Origin: Octopus vulgaris
Lineage: Eukaryota
Reading direction: 5' to 3'
Assembly (NCBI GenBank): GCA_951406725.2
Contig: OX597824.1
Location: forward strand, 72,788,001-72,852,000
DNA: 64,000 nucleotides
Shown here: positions 11,843-24,743 of the stretch, in pieces
Layout of the letters: every line of letters starts with the position of its first letter
Position numbering within the stretch: the stretch's first letter is position 1
Program-made: the position numbers and the translations under genes
Notes under the pieces: model-generated
Seen by the model: the letters and a program-made list of their open reading frames with translations, nothing else
The model's database searches: none
What the model was told of the DNA's origin: nothing

Positions 11843-12931
11843 TTTACTACTATATTTTTGGAAACTATGTGAGGGGGAAATAATTTGCAAATATACAAAC
11901 CAAAAAGCAGCTGTGGTGTTGCTAATTATTTTAAAATTGAAGTATCAGTATCTATCTAATTAGTTACCAAGAATTCATATAAGTACAAAACAGTTAACAG
12001 AAATAGTTAGAACTAGTAATCAAAGATTATAAATAATAAATTATAACATGATTATAAATAATAAACTTTAATGCGTGGCCTATACCAGGGGTGTAACCAG
12101 CCCACTTATGCGTACCTTTCCTTCATTGGACACTAAACGCTGCTTGCGAAGACCTGTTGAGGCAAGTGAAATCGAAATCAGATTCGATGACTGGCATCCG
12201 TGCTAGTGGAGCGCTAAGAGTACCATCCAAGCATGATCGGTGGCACGTAAAAAGCACCATTCGAGTGTGATCGTTACCTGTGTTGCCTTACTGGCACTTG
12301 TACTGGTGGCACATGAATAAACATTTGAGCGAGGTCGTTGCCAGTGCTGCTGGACTGGCTCCTGTGCAGGTAGCACATGAAGAACACCATTTGAGTGTGG
12401 CCGTTGCCTGTACCACCTGACTGGCTCTCGTGCCAGTGGCACATAAAAGCACCCACTACACTCTTGGAGTGGTTGGCATTAGGAAGGGCATCCAGCTGTA
12501 GAAACTCTGCCAGATCATGTATGTATGTGTATGTGGAAATTACTAGAAACTTGTGGACCCTATTGCAATGGAACAAGGCTATATAAATTGTGTATGGCAG
12601 AAAGATATATTATCCTCATGAACTCGCATGAGCCAGGAGGCTACCTGAACTCCAGGATGGAAGTGTGGGGAGTTGTCCATATTTTCGCAAATTTTAACTT
12701 CAGAATTGGAAAACATAGCTATCAAGCGAAGGAAGACAACTTGCCCGGCCATAATTTTTTAAGAGGAACATTTCTTGAACTATCACTGGCGTTCTTGTGT
12801 TTAAAAAAGCATTCTTTGCAGAGAACGGTTATCGTTTAGAGAAACTGCAGAAATGTCTAGTTCACGCTAGATATAAAACCAATGGTTTTTTTCTTAAACT
12901 ATTATGTTACACATACAAATATATATATATA

Positions 12932-13314
12932 TCTCTATATATAAACGGCAGTTTGTCTGTGCGTGTTTCTGTGTGTCTGTTTGCTTGTACCCTCACCCCG
13001 ACCACGGCTTTCAACCGATTCTGATGAAACTTGACAAACACATAGCCCAATGTCATAATTCAAAACTGACGCAGCGAAAATTTTGAAAAGTTCCCCCAGT
13101 TCTGAAAAAAATCGATAAATTCGACATGGGGTCGAGAATCAGAAACACGAACCACAAACTGTCTAGGGGACGCAACTCCACCTTTTTTAAATCTCCCCAA
13201 AAAAATTTACCATCATTTTTTCCCATTTTTTTCTATTTTTTGGCTATAACTCTCTAAAAATGCTTTATAGTTATTTCCCTTACAAACCTGAGCAACGCCG
13301 GGCGATACTGCTAG
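12932..13314 (+). mobile_element. Non-autonomous Helitron
   Basis: A|TC 5' end, CTAG|T 3' end, GC-rich subterminal CCTGAGCAACGCCGGG, no TSD; mini-derivative at 59075-59160. Confidence 0.8.
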
Positions 13315-14459
13315 TATATATATATATATGTATAGTGAGAGAGAGAGAAATGTATATCATCATCACCATTTAACATGTTTTTCTTTGCTGGCATGGATTG
13401 AATGGTTCAGTAGGATGTGGAAAGCCAGATGAGTGCACTGAACTCCACTACTTTGATATGATTTTGACATTATTTCTGTGGCTGGATATTCTTTCTAACA
13501 CCAAATACTTTACAGAGTGTGTTGGGTGCTTTTTACACGGCAGCAGAACTAGTGAGGTCACCAAGTAATTTGCAGCACAAGCCCTTCCTCAACTGACAGG
13601 GCGTGTAGTATTGAGGGCAGTAGCTTTATTCCTGATGATGAGAAATTAAAGTAAGATAGAGGGATAGGAACAGGTGTCATGCTGTAGGAGTGATATATAG
13701 GTTACCGCAGTAGGGAATAAAAGAGGATGGTAGTGAAAATCTTTCAGGATGCACCCTCAAGTTACAAGAACATGAATATAAGAAATATGGATAAGTTTGT
13801 ATGAGTGTAAAATGAGAGAAGCAGAAGAATAGAGATGTTCAACTGAAGGAGATGCAGTAAGTGGTGAACATGGTGGTGGTGGGGGTTCAGTTGGGAATGT
13901 CCTTTGGAGAGAAAAGTAGAGGAAGTTGGTGTGAATCTGGGAGGTGGCAGCAAAGATGATGGGAAGTATATGTGTGTGTGGGTGTGTTTGTGTATCCGTA
14001 GTGTGGGTTATGAGAAAGCTGCACAATGCCAGGGAGAGGTACATAAGGGTGTAAATAGTGGGAGATGATGAATTCAGGTAACAGGGAGGTTGGGTGCCAT
14101 TGGTAAAATGAGGGCTTGTACAGAGAAAAGGGGGGTGGGGTGGAAAGGGCGTTTTGTGGAAAAATAAGGTGGCATGGGATGATACTGAGCATGCATGAGA
14201 AAAAAAAGTGTTTTTAGGAAGGGTGAAAAGTAGGGAGATGAAATATGTGCTGTTCTACTCTTGTAATTTTAGCAGCTGAGTAAATTGTGCCATAGTCAGA
14301 TGGGTGATGGTAAGGAGTGTTGTAGGAGGGGATGGTGTTAGGAAGATGAGTTGTGGAAAGAGAAGATGTTAGGAAGGTGAGTCATGGGGAAGAGAGAGAG
14401 AGAGAGAGATTCATCGTAGACAGATTGGATGCAGGAGCATAGGCATAAATGATATACTT

Positions 14460-16490
14460 TTAAGGGCTTGGGGCTTGTTTTTGCCTGGATGGACTTCTCA
14501 AGCACTGCAAATCACTAATCATCTCAGTCCTTTACATCTCTTCAGTGAGGTTCAGCATCTGGAAATCCTTCTTCACTACTTCATCCCATGTCTTTCTGGG
14601 ACTCCCTCTTTCACAGATTTCATTCACATTTAGTGATTCACACTTCTTTACACAACCCTCCTTATCTACATGCACACATGACCATATCAATGTGGTCTTC
14701 TCTCTTGCACATGATATCTGATTCCTCTTGTGCCCAATTTTTCTCTTAACACATATACACTTTGTTATATGTGGAGGCACATGGCCAAGTGGCTAGAGCA
14801 GTGGACTCGTGGTTGAGGGATCGTGGGTTCAAATCTCAGACCGGGCAATATGTGTGTTTATGAGCGAAACACCTAAGCTCCATGCGGCTCCGGCAGAAGA
14901 TGATGGTGAACGTCTGCCGACTCTTTTGCCACAACTTTCTCTCACTCTTTCCTCCTGCATCTTGCAGCTCACCAGCGACGGACCGGGAAACCAGCCCTTA
15001 TGAGCCAGATGTGGCTCGAGGAGGAAAGAACTTTGTCATATATTTACACTGACATAGCATATCCAGTGGAGCACGCTAAGCTTTGTTTCTTTCAAGCCTT
15101 CATATATCCTCTGTATTCAAAGCTCATGTTTTGTTACTATGTATCATTGTCATTCATACACATTCTGCCTTTTACTCTGGGAGAGAGAGACCTTTTATTG
15201 CCAACAGAGATAATAGCTCTTTGAACTTTTTCCATTCTATTCATATTCTAGCAACTATACTTTCAGAACATCCTCCTCCACTGCTAATCAAATCACCTAC
15301 ATAACAGAAACTATCCACAAACAATAGCGAGCCTTCAGGACATTTGAGAAAATTTATTTCCCATGTGTTTTTAGTGTTTATTGTTCCTGTGTGTCTTCCA
15401 CATACAAACACTAATTTTTCCATTAATCTTCTTGTGAATCCACTGTATTTATTGTATGTCCATAGCTTGCACTAGTTACACCATATGGAATTCCTGCCTT
15501 TTGGTTTGAACGGCAGTTTTTTCTAGCGGTGTCATATGAAATTGTCACCCATAATTATGACCCTAGTATCGATCTATTGCATTTCAATCTGTGTTAGGGT
15601 TAGGGTTAGGGGTGGGGGGAAGGGTATTTTTTTTTCTTCACAAATGTAAATAAACCCAATCTGTTTCTTAAATGAGGAACATATTCATACAGCACAGAAT
15701 GTTTTTTTACCTCAATAGACGTCAGTGATTGGTTGAGATTGCAGAAATTGAAGAAAAAAAACAACAAATATCTTACAAACTATAGAATTTTCTCAATAAA
15801 GCCAAGAGGAAAAGATGTTTTATAAACACATTCTACCAGTTTTAGTTACCTAGAAATTATGTTAAAAACTGCCATTCAAACTGAAAAGATCCCATTTACT
15901 GGAGTCTTACCTGTTTTCCTGTTTACTAGAACTTCAATCATTGTTAAGTTTACTTTAAGGCTTGGATTTTTTTTTTCTAATCTATTACAGATCCTGCTAT
16001 GAGAATGAGATCAGCATATAGTAGTTCTCAAGGGTAGTCATTCTTACATTCCTCTGTCAAAGCCTGAAGGAAAATGATGAATAGGAGTCTGAGAACCAAG
16101 CTGTGGTACTCCTACCTGAGCTCTAAATTCATCACAGTACTCATGGCTAACTCTCACCTTACTTGAACATGGCTTATATAACTTTCAGAAACCATTTGTT
16201 TACCCCTAGCTTCCTAAGAGGCCACCAGATCAGAGAACAGTGTATCCTGAAGAAGGCTTTCTTCAGATAAACAAATGCCAAGTTCAGTGACTCATTTTTA
16301 GATAGATTCTTCATCTGCAGTTGTCTTATCAAGAAAATGGTTTCAGTAGTACTAAATTGCATCTCATTTAATCTAATTCTGTTCCTAATTAGTTTGGCTA
16401 TAATTCACTCTGTAATTTTCAAAATCTGGTTCAGTAATTTGATATCTCTGTAATTATTACAACCTAAAGCATCTCCTTTACTCTTGCAGT
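14460..16490 (-). mobile_element. Fragmented RTE-like LINE ORF, interrupted by a SINE and a MITE
   Basis: Pieces translate to KGDALGCNNYRDIKLLNQILKI, LNLAFVYLKKAFFRI...LRKLGV, VDSFCYVGDLISSGGGCSESIVARI and RGSPRKTWDEVV; a + strand relative lies at about 26945-27150. Confidence 0.75.
15498..15893. mobile_element. Unclassified MITE with internal (TTAGGG)3
   Basis: TIR CTTTTGGTTTGAACGGCAGTTTTT / AAAAACTGCCATTCAAACTGAAAAG; inserted in the LINE remnant. Confidence 0.65.
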
Positions 16491-16503
16491 AATTGTCTAT
16501 AAC

Positions 16504-16690
16504 TATGTATGTATGTATGTATGTGTGTGTGTATGTATGTATGTATGTATGTATGTATGTATGTATGTATGTATGTATGTATGTATGTATGTATGCATGC
16601 ATGCATGCATGTGTGTGTGTGTATGTGCAAGCATGCATGTGTGTGTGGAGAGAGAGAGAGAGAGAGAGAGAGAGGGGAGGGAGAGAGAGA
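16504..16690. repeat. Compound microsatellite (TATG)n/(TG)n/(GA)n
   Basis: Directly visible; source of several spurious ORFs. Confidence 0.95.
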
Positions 16691-17089
16691 CATATATGTA
16701 TGTGTGTGTGTATATATATTTCTTTAAATTCTTTAAATTGTTTCAGCTTAAAAGCTGCAGTCATACTAGGGCACCGTCTTTGTAAAAATATACGAATTTG
16801 TATGTCATCCTTGCTCAGGGCCATGATTATCTTCTTTGTATTGTTCCAATTTTAGAATATGTACTGCCATACATACATATATATATAGTAATAAATATAT
16901 ATATATATATGATGGGCTTCTTTCAGTTTCCGTCTACCAAATCCACTCACAAGGCTTTGGTTGGCCCGAGGCTATAGTAGAAGACACTCGCCCGAGGTGT
17001 CATGCAGTGGGACTGAACCCGAAACCATGTGGTTGGTAAGCAAGTTACTTACCACACAGCCATATAATATATATATATATATATATAAA

Positions 17090-17350
17090 AAATACAAAAT
17101 GGGACAAGAACGCAAAACATCCAAATAGACAATACAAAAAACACAGATGAGTCATTCGAAGTCTTTAATCTTCAGTCAAGAACCGGATCATCCTCGCAAT
17201 TTCGGCTGATTAATCTTGAGATTGCTCCAATCTGGCCAGCCCCAAGGAAAAACTAAGCTAAGAGCATTAGATTCCTTGGAAAAAGATTGAATGTGTACGA
17301 AACAAGGACAGAAAAACGGACGATGTTACACGAATATAAGTACAAAAAAA
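17090..17350 (-). mobile_element. Interspersed repeat, probable Penelope-like pseudo-LTR remnant
   Basis: Homologous to 23690-24035 (+); contains CAGCCGAAA and CTGAAGA fragments without a clean hammerhead fold. Confidence 0.5.
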
Positions 17351-17374
17351 AAAATATATAATACTAATATAAAT

Positions 17375-17434
<60 letters not shown>

Positions 17435-17450
17435 TATATATATATATCTA

Positions 17451-18325
17451 CACGGTGTCCCAAAAGACACCGATGGATTACAATTTTTAGTAACTTCCTT
17501 AACTTTACAAATAAATGCATGAAATGTTGACACAATATAAAGGACATAATGGAAATTAATATGCACAAGTCAAATTTTGCAACACCACTGAAATTTTACA
17601 TTACATGTGAAAAATGACATCACTTAAAATGGCAGCCATTTTCAGTTTCGCATGCCCGTGCCCTTTCCAAAACCTGCACCATTACACCCTCAAGAGTTTC
17701 AGACCCCACTTCTCTGATTTTTCTATTGATGTTCTTCAGTTGCACCAGGGTCTCCAGTTTGTTGACATAAACCCTCTCTTTCAGGAATCATGACTGAGAC
17801 CTTTTTGCGCCTGACTATTCAAAGTAGACTTCACACATGGTTCAAGCAAGATGGGGTAACTGCTCATACTGCAAGAGAAACAATGCAGTTGCTACAGCAG
17901 TGCTTTGGAGAGAGAATAATCTCCCACTATGGCAATGTCAACTGGCCTTCACACACCCCAGACTTGACTAGCCTGGATTTTTTTCTTGTGGGAATACCTG
18001 AAGGAGAGGGCTTCTGTCAACAAACTGCAGACCCTGATGCAACTGAAGGAGAGCATCAATAGAGAAATCAGAGAAGTAGGAGCTGAAACTCTTGAAGGTG
18101 TTATGCTGCAAGTTTTGGAAAGTGCATGGGTGTGTGAAGCTGGAAATGGCTGCCATTTAAGCAGTATCATTTTTCATAAGTAATGTAGTGGTGTTGCAAC
18201 ATTTGACTTGTGCATTGTAATTTCCATTGTGTTCTTTATGTTGTATCAAAATTTCATGCATTTATTTGTAACGTTAAGGAAGTTATTAAAAATTGAAACC
18301 TGGCAGTGACTTTTGGGACACCCTG
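17451..18325 (+). mobile_element. Tc1/mariner (DD41D, rosa-like) derivative with ~335-bp inverted arms
   Basis: TA-flanked; termini CACGGTGTCCCAAAAG / CTTTTGGGACACCCTG; WFKQDGVTAHTARETM...WPSHTPDLTSLDFF has 41 residues between the last two Asp. Confidence 0.85.
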
Positions 18326-18328
18326 TAT

Positions 18329-18363
<35 letters not shown>

Positions 18364-18807
18364 TATGTATAGGTGTCCCCACTTTGGTCATGAATGACCA
18401 TCATATTGCACCTAGAAAGTTACCCTCCCAGGCACAAGTCCAGGCAAGGTTGTTTATGGAAGACCAGCAGTAACCATGCATTCCAGCCTCCCCTCTCCGA
18501 GCCGCCAATGTTATCCAAGGGAAAGGCAAAGGATGATACAGCTTGGCACCTGTGACATTGCAACTCATTTCTACAGCTGAGTGAACGGGAGCAACGTGAA
18601 ATAAGGTGTCTTGCTCAAGAACACAACACACAACCCGGTCAGGGAATCAAACTCACAACCTCATGATTGTAAGCTCAACACTCTCACCATTGAGCCATGC
18701 GCCTTCACGTATATATACACACACACACACGCACATACATGGGGTGCAGCCCTCTGGCTCGCTAACCCTCAGTCAAACCATCCAACCCATGCCAGCATGG
18801 AAAGCGA

Positions 18808-18844
<37 letters not shown>

Positions 18845-18913
18845 AATATATATATATATGTGTGTGTGTATATATATATGTATATATACATGTATATATA
18901 TGTGTACACACAC

Positions 18914-18962
<49 letters not shown>

Positions 18963-19294
18963 GATATGGGGCAGGAGTGACTGTGTGGTAAGTAGCTTGC
19001 TTACCAACCACATAGTGCCAGGTTCAGTGCCACTGCGTGGCACCTTGGGCAGGTGTCTTCTACTATAGCCTCAGGCCAACCAAAGCCTTGTGAGTGGATT
19101 TGGTAGACGGAAACTGAAAGAAGCCCATCGTATATATATATGTGTATGTATGTGTGTGTTTGTGAGTCTGTGTTTGTCCCCCCCCCCAACATCACTTGAC
19201 ATTCGATGGTGGTGTGTTTATGTCCCTGTTACTTAGAGGTTCAGCAAAACGTAACTGATAGCATAAGTACTAGGCGGTGTAAAAGTGTAAAAGA

Positions 19295-19295
<1 letters not shown>

Positions 19296-19337
<42 letters not shown>

Positions 19338-19399
19338 CATATATATACATACACACACACACATGTGTATATATATATATATATATGCACACACACACA

Positions 19400-19440
<41 letters not shown>

Positions 19441-19500
19441 GTATATATTTACATATATATAAACACACATACACCCATATATATGCATATATATATATAT
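19296..19500. repeat. (TA)n/(CA)n compound microsatellite
   Basis: Directly visible. Confidence 0.95.
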
Positions 19501-20174
19501 TAGGTTTTAGTAAACAGCAAATCAGGATCTTGCTAATTGAGTGATGACGTTACGAAAATCTAACCAATCATGTCATTCAACAACTGCACACAAAATTCTT
19601 TGACTGACGTCAGTCAAAAGTTCTGAGAAAAGCAAAACTGTTTCTTGAAAATCAACCAAGCTTTGGATTATGCTTCCACCCATTTTCACCACTCACTGTA
19701 TTTCCCTCTACCCATCTTCCACTCACCTCTCACACTTCCTGCAAGCTTAGTTACCTAACCATTTCCAATTCCCCTAATTCATCTTCCAGTAACTTAACAC
19801 CTCTTCACCACTATCCCTCTTCTCCTGCAACTGGCGTAAGCATCCAAATCCCCATACAACATATATCTTAACATCTCATCACCTGGCATAAGGTCACCTC
19901 CTTCAATTCTACTTCTTCCTTCTCAGTTGAGTTACTTGGTACCACATAAAAAGAAAACACTCAGTGAAGTCTGTAAAGTGGTTGGTGTGAGAAAGGGTAT
20001 CCTGTGTCATTTCTTATAACTTGCCTTGTTTTGGCTTTATACATACATATTCAACAGATGAGATCCAGAGATTCTTAGTATACAAGATAGTAGTACTCAA
20101 ATGATTCAAACCTAGATTCCAATGTCCTTATGGGGTAAAGAATGGCTGTTATATATATATATATATATATTTAA

Positions 20175-20395
20175 CCCTTTCATTACTGTATTTATTTTGA
20201 GATGCTCTGTGTTTCTTTCAATTATTTTAAATATAACAAAGAATTTAGTAAAATAACTTAGTTATCATTATACTATTGTTAGGAACATAAATTGTGACTA
20301 AGGTTTGGTGGAAGATTTTAATTCAAAACTTATGAAAACAAGACATTTGTACTACAGAGCCAGAGCCAGTTTCAGCCGGGTCGGTAACAAAAGGG
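20175..20395. mobile_element. piggyBac-type MITE
   Basis: TTAA|CCCTTTCATTAC...GTAACAAAAGGG|TTAC. Confidence 0.8.
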
Positions 20396-22166
20396 TTACT
20401 TTGTTTATCTGCATGCATGTATGCATACCTACATACATATTAAGAAGGCAATAAGCTAAAAAAACTAAAAATACAACATGGGTGGGACAAGTTTTTAACA
20501 TTAGCAATTAAAACAAAGGAAAAAAAGACTTGACATCTCAGACACTAGTCCATACATCGGAGGCGCAATGGCCCAGTGGTTAGGGCAGCGGACTCACGGT
20601 CGGAGGATCGCAGTTTTGATTCCCAGACTGGGCGATGTGTGTGTTTATTGAGCAAAAACACCTAAAGCTCCACGAGGCACCTGCAGGGGGTGGTGGTGAC
20701 CCCTGTTGTACTCTTTCGCCCCAACTTTCTCTCACTCTCTCTTCCTGTTTCTTGAGTAACGCTGTGATGGACTGGCGTCCCGTCCAGCTGGGGGGGATCA
20801 TGTATGCTATAGAAGCCAGGAAACTGGGCCCACGAGTCAGACTGACCATAATATTGCAGCAATGAGACCAGATATGATTGTAGAGGACCAGAAAAAAACA
20901 GGGAAAAACAATAACAGACAATCATAGAGTTTACAAAACCATATAATAACAGTGAATACGAAAAAAATTGAGAAAATTGAAAAGTACCTAGATTTAGCCA
21001 GCGAGATGAAAGGAGTGTCAAAGACTAAAATGGCATTTATACCCATGGTAATTAGTGCATGTTGTACAACATCCAATCTAGAAGTTAAGTACTTAATGGG
21101 GTGAAGGATTGTGGAGTTGAGATTCACAGTTAACTAGTAGAAAAGTGCAATCCTATACTTTACATGAATCCAAAAAGGACTTGTTGCCACCAAGCTTCAT
21201 TATAACATTTGAGTAATTATATATTAATTAAATAAGTATCTAATATCTTTAGTATAACAACACTAATAACATCATTATCATCATCATGTAACGTCCGTTT
21301 TCCATGCTGGCATGGGTTGGACAGTTTGACTGAAAACTAGTAAGCTGGGGAGCTGCACCCGGTTCCAATCTGATTTGCCATGGTTTCTACAGGTGGATGC
21401 CCCTCCTAATGCTAACCACTCCAAGAGTGTAGTGGGTGCTTTTTATGTGCCACCAGTTTCAAATTTTGGCTCTAGACTAGCAATTTTGGGGAAGGGAAAA
21501 TTTGATTACATCGACCTCAGTACTCAATTGGTACTTATTTTATTAACCGTGAAAGGATGAAAGGCAAAGTCAACCCCAGCTGAATTTGAACTGAATAATA
21601 ATAATAATAATAAATGTCCTGATGCAATACCAGGCACTGGCTCTCATGGCTTCTCATCTTAACTGATTCAAAGTGTTGTCATGTACATGTTTTGTATTGG
21701 TATAAAAGATGGGCTACAGCAAATATTCTGCTCAATACCACAGAGCTGTTTGTCAGTTGCTTGACCATAACCAGTTGAGCATGTCTCTTAGTGGCTGATA
21801 ATATGTACATCTCTGATTATGAGCAGAAGTAATGGGGGAACATTATGGCCATGTGTTGAGAGGAATTCTTTGGGATTTGAATAATTCACTTCTGGAAACA
21901 TGGGTGTTTTGTTCAACATCCTTAAACAACCCCTATTCAGGGACCTTTTGAGTAGGATTGGCTATTCGACCAGAAGAAAATTCTCACAGGGCTCCACCAG
22001 CCCTGTGATATGAGATCACCATGTTGTGCACATATGGTTGTAATGCATGTGCCTGATGTACTCTTATCAGATGTGTTGTGTTTTGTTGTGATGCTCTGAT
22101 GGTTACTGTATTGAAAGTGTTTTGCGTAGGATGTGTGCAGTGCCCAGTAGGGTAATTTTCTGTATG

Positions 22167-22199
<33 letters not shown>

Positions 22200-22572
22200 A
22201 TTGATAATGCAGCAAACGAACAACACATACCCAAGGCACACAAAACTGCGCTCGGTAGTGAAGTGAAAGCAAGCCATAAAAATAAAACTACTGAATAATA
22301 ATAATAATTTCTAAGATAGGCATAAGGCACAGAAATATATCTATGGCAGAGTAACAGTTGATTATATTGACTTCAGTATGTGATTGATACATTAATTTAT
22401 GTACCCCAGAACAAAAGGTAAAGCTGACTTCGACTGAATTTGAAACAACAACATAAAGAGCTGTAACTAAATGCTGCAATTTTTTCTTACATAATAATAT
22501 CAAAAATATAGTTGGAATGTTTATTTTTGCTACAGGCTCTCTACCAATATATTAACTTTATTTGTTTTCCAG

Positions 22573-22639
22573 GTTTTATTTGCAGAAATTGGACAACTAT
22601 CCAAAGACCAGGAAGATTGCCATTCCCTTCATTTGGTGA
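22573..22639 (+). CDS. SRD5A1: SRD5A1-like last coding exon, 67 bp
   Basis: ttccag|G TTT...TGG TGA; (K)FYLQKLDNYPKTRKIAIPFIW* matches the Y..KF..YPK.RK..IPF family end; phase matches the previous exon. Confidence 0.93.
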
Positions 22640-22716
22640 TTACTTCACAAAGGAATCTTGGTATTGGCACCTGTTATTGGTATGTTCCCATGTGTGTATC
22701 AATGAATATGAATATA

Positions 22717-22758
<42 letters not shown>

Positions 22759-23060
22759 TGAGGGAATATCATTCCAAACTTACAAGGAAAAATTCAATTT
22801 AGAAATACTAAATCAAATTTCACAAAATATAATATATATATACATATATATATATCCCATGCTAGCATGGAAAGTGGACGTTAAACGATGATGATGATGA
22901 TGATAAATTAGAAAAAACACCTTTTATCAATTCAATAATGAAAAATTAAATTATGCCATTTAGAAAAATTACATGATATAGAAAGATTAAATATAAGATA
23001 AAACATATAACGATGATTAAGTAATATGCAAAATAATAAATAAAACGTATATATTTGGTA

Positions 23061-23170
23061 GAATAACGACACGTGTTTCGTGGCTATATTTAAGAAATGA
23101 TAATAGTAATAATAATAGTAGTAGTAGTAAAATCACTTCAATATAAATATAGCCACTCTTCAAGATAAAG
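23061..23170 (-). ncRNA. Hammerhead-like motif, U3 variant with long helix II
   Basis: UUGAAGA-GUGGCUAUAUUUA(loop)UAAAUAUAGCCAC-GAAAC-ACGU-GUC; perfect 13-bp helix II, palindromic ACACGUGU, GUC triplet; helix I weak. Confidence 0.6.
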
Positions 23171-23180
23171 ATAACAACAA

Positions 23181-23375
23181 TAAAATAATTAATTAGATAA
23201 ATTAATAAATATTCATAGATAATCTTGTAAAATATGAAATATCTTAATATAATTAATTAGATAAATTAATATATATACGTAAATAATCTTGTAAAATATG
23301 AAATATCTTAAAATAATTAATTAGATAAAGTAATAAATATACGTAAATAATCTTGTAAAATACAAAATATCTTTA
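23181..23375. repeat. AT-rich ~62-bp tandem repeat, about 3 copies
   Basis: Unit TAATTAATTAGATAAATTAAT...ATAATCTTGTAAAATATGAAATATCTT repeated. Confidence 0.8.
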
Positions 23376-24034
23376 TATCATCATCATCATCGTTTAACGT
23401 CCATTCTCCATGCTAGCATGGATTGGACGGTTCGACCGGGATCTGAGAAGCCAGAAGGCTGCACCAGGCTCCAGTCTGATCTGGCAATGTTTCTACAGCT
23501 GGATACCCTTCCTAACGCCAACCACTCCTTGAGTGTAATGGGTGCTTTTTACGTGCCAGACGAGGCTGGCAATGGCCACGATCGGATTGGTGCTTTTACG
23601 TGCCACCGGCACGGAGGCCAGTCAATATATATATTTTTCAATGCGCCAGCTCAAGTTCACCCATCCTGTCGAAAAGACACCTGTCTGTAACGTCCTGTTT
23701 TTGTTATTATTATTATCCTTATTGTTTTTACATATTTTCATATTCTTATTCGTGTTATCATTATTATTTTTACGTATTTTTGTATTCTTATTCGTTCCCG
23801 TCCTTGTTTTGTATACATTCGAGGCTTTCTTCCAAGGAATCTAATGCGCTTGGCTTAGATTTTCCTTTGGGGCTGGCCAGGTCGGAGCAATCTCAAAATT
23901 AATCAGCCAAAATTGCGAAGATGATCTGGTTTTTGACTGAAGATCGAAGGCTTCGAATGTCTCGTCTGTTTTTTTGTATCGTCTTCTAAATGTTTTGTGT
24001 TCTTGTCCCAGTTTGTGTTTTTTTACATTTATCC

Positions 24035-24075
<41 letters not shown>

Positions 24076-24260
24076 TTATATACATGTGTGCATTTGTGTG
24101 TGTATGCATGCATGTGTCTATGCGTGTGTGTCCTTTCTTCTGTAATAGAAGAAGACTTTTTCAAAAAGACCAGGCTGAATGAATAATGTTTCATGTAATT
24201 ATGGCATGATACGCAAACGGATTTATAGCTAATTATGTTTTAACAGTTAATTTTATATTG

Positions 24261-24454
24261 CAGGGTGGGCCAAAGTCATGCACAAAACATTTGACATTTT
24301 AATTTACATTTACATTATTATTCATTTTGTTTGTCATGTACAAGTGTGTGTGTGTTCATTGTTATTTTATTGAGTTCTAGAAAAATTGAAGCATGTCTTT
24401 CACAATTCCAGAGTGTATTGAACTTATTTTGTGCGTGACTTTTGACCCATCCAG
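24261..24454. mobile_element. Tc1/mariner-type MITE
   Basis: CAGGGTGGGCCAAAGTCATGCACAAAA / TTTTGTGCGTGACTTTTGACCCATCCAG|TA. Confidence 0.65.
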
Positions 24455-24743
24455 TATATATATGTATATATACATACACACACACAAAAGGGAAAACTCC
24501 ACATCCTTGTCTCACTTCAGCTGAAGACTCTAAGATCACAGTCATACTTTATCCACTGTGAAGAAGAGTGCCCAGAGCTCACAATTGCCAACTCATTTCT
24601 ACAGCTGAGTGAACTAGAGCAACGTGAAATAAAGTGTTTTGCTCAAGAACACAACAAAGAGTACAAATAGCATAGTACTATAGGCTGCAAGTAGCAAGCC
24701 CACTACTCATGCAAGATTCTGGGAGTTCCAACAAAACCAAGTC

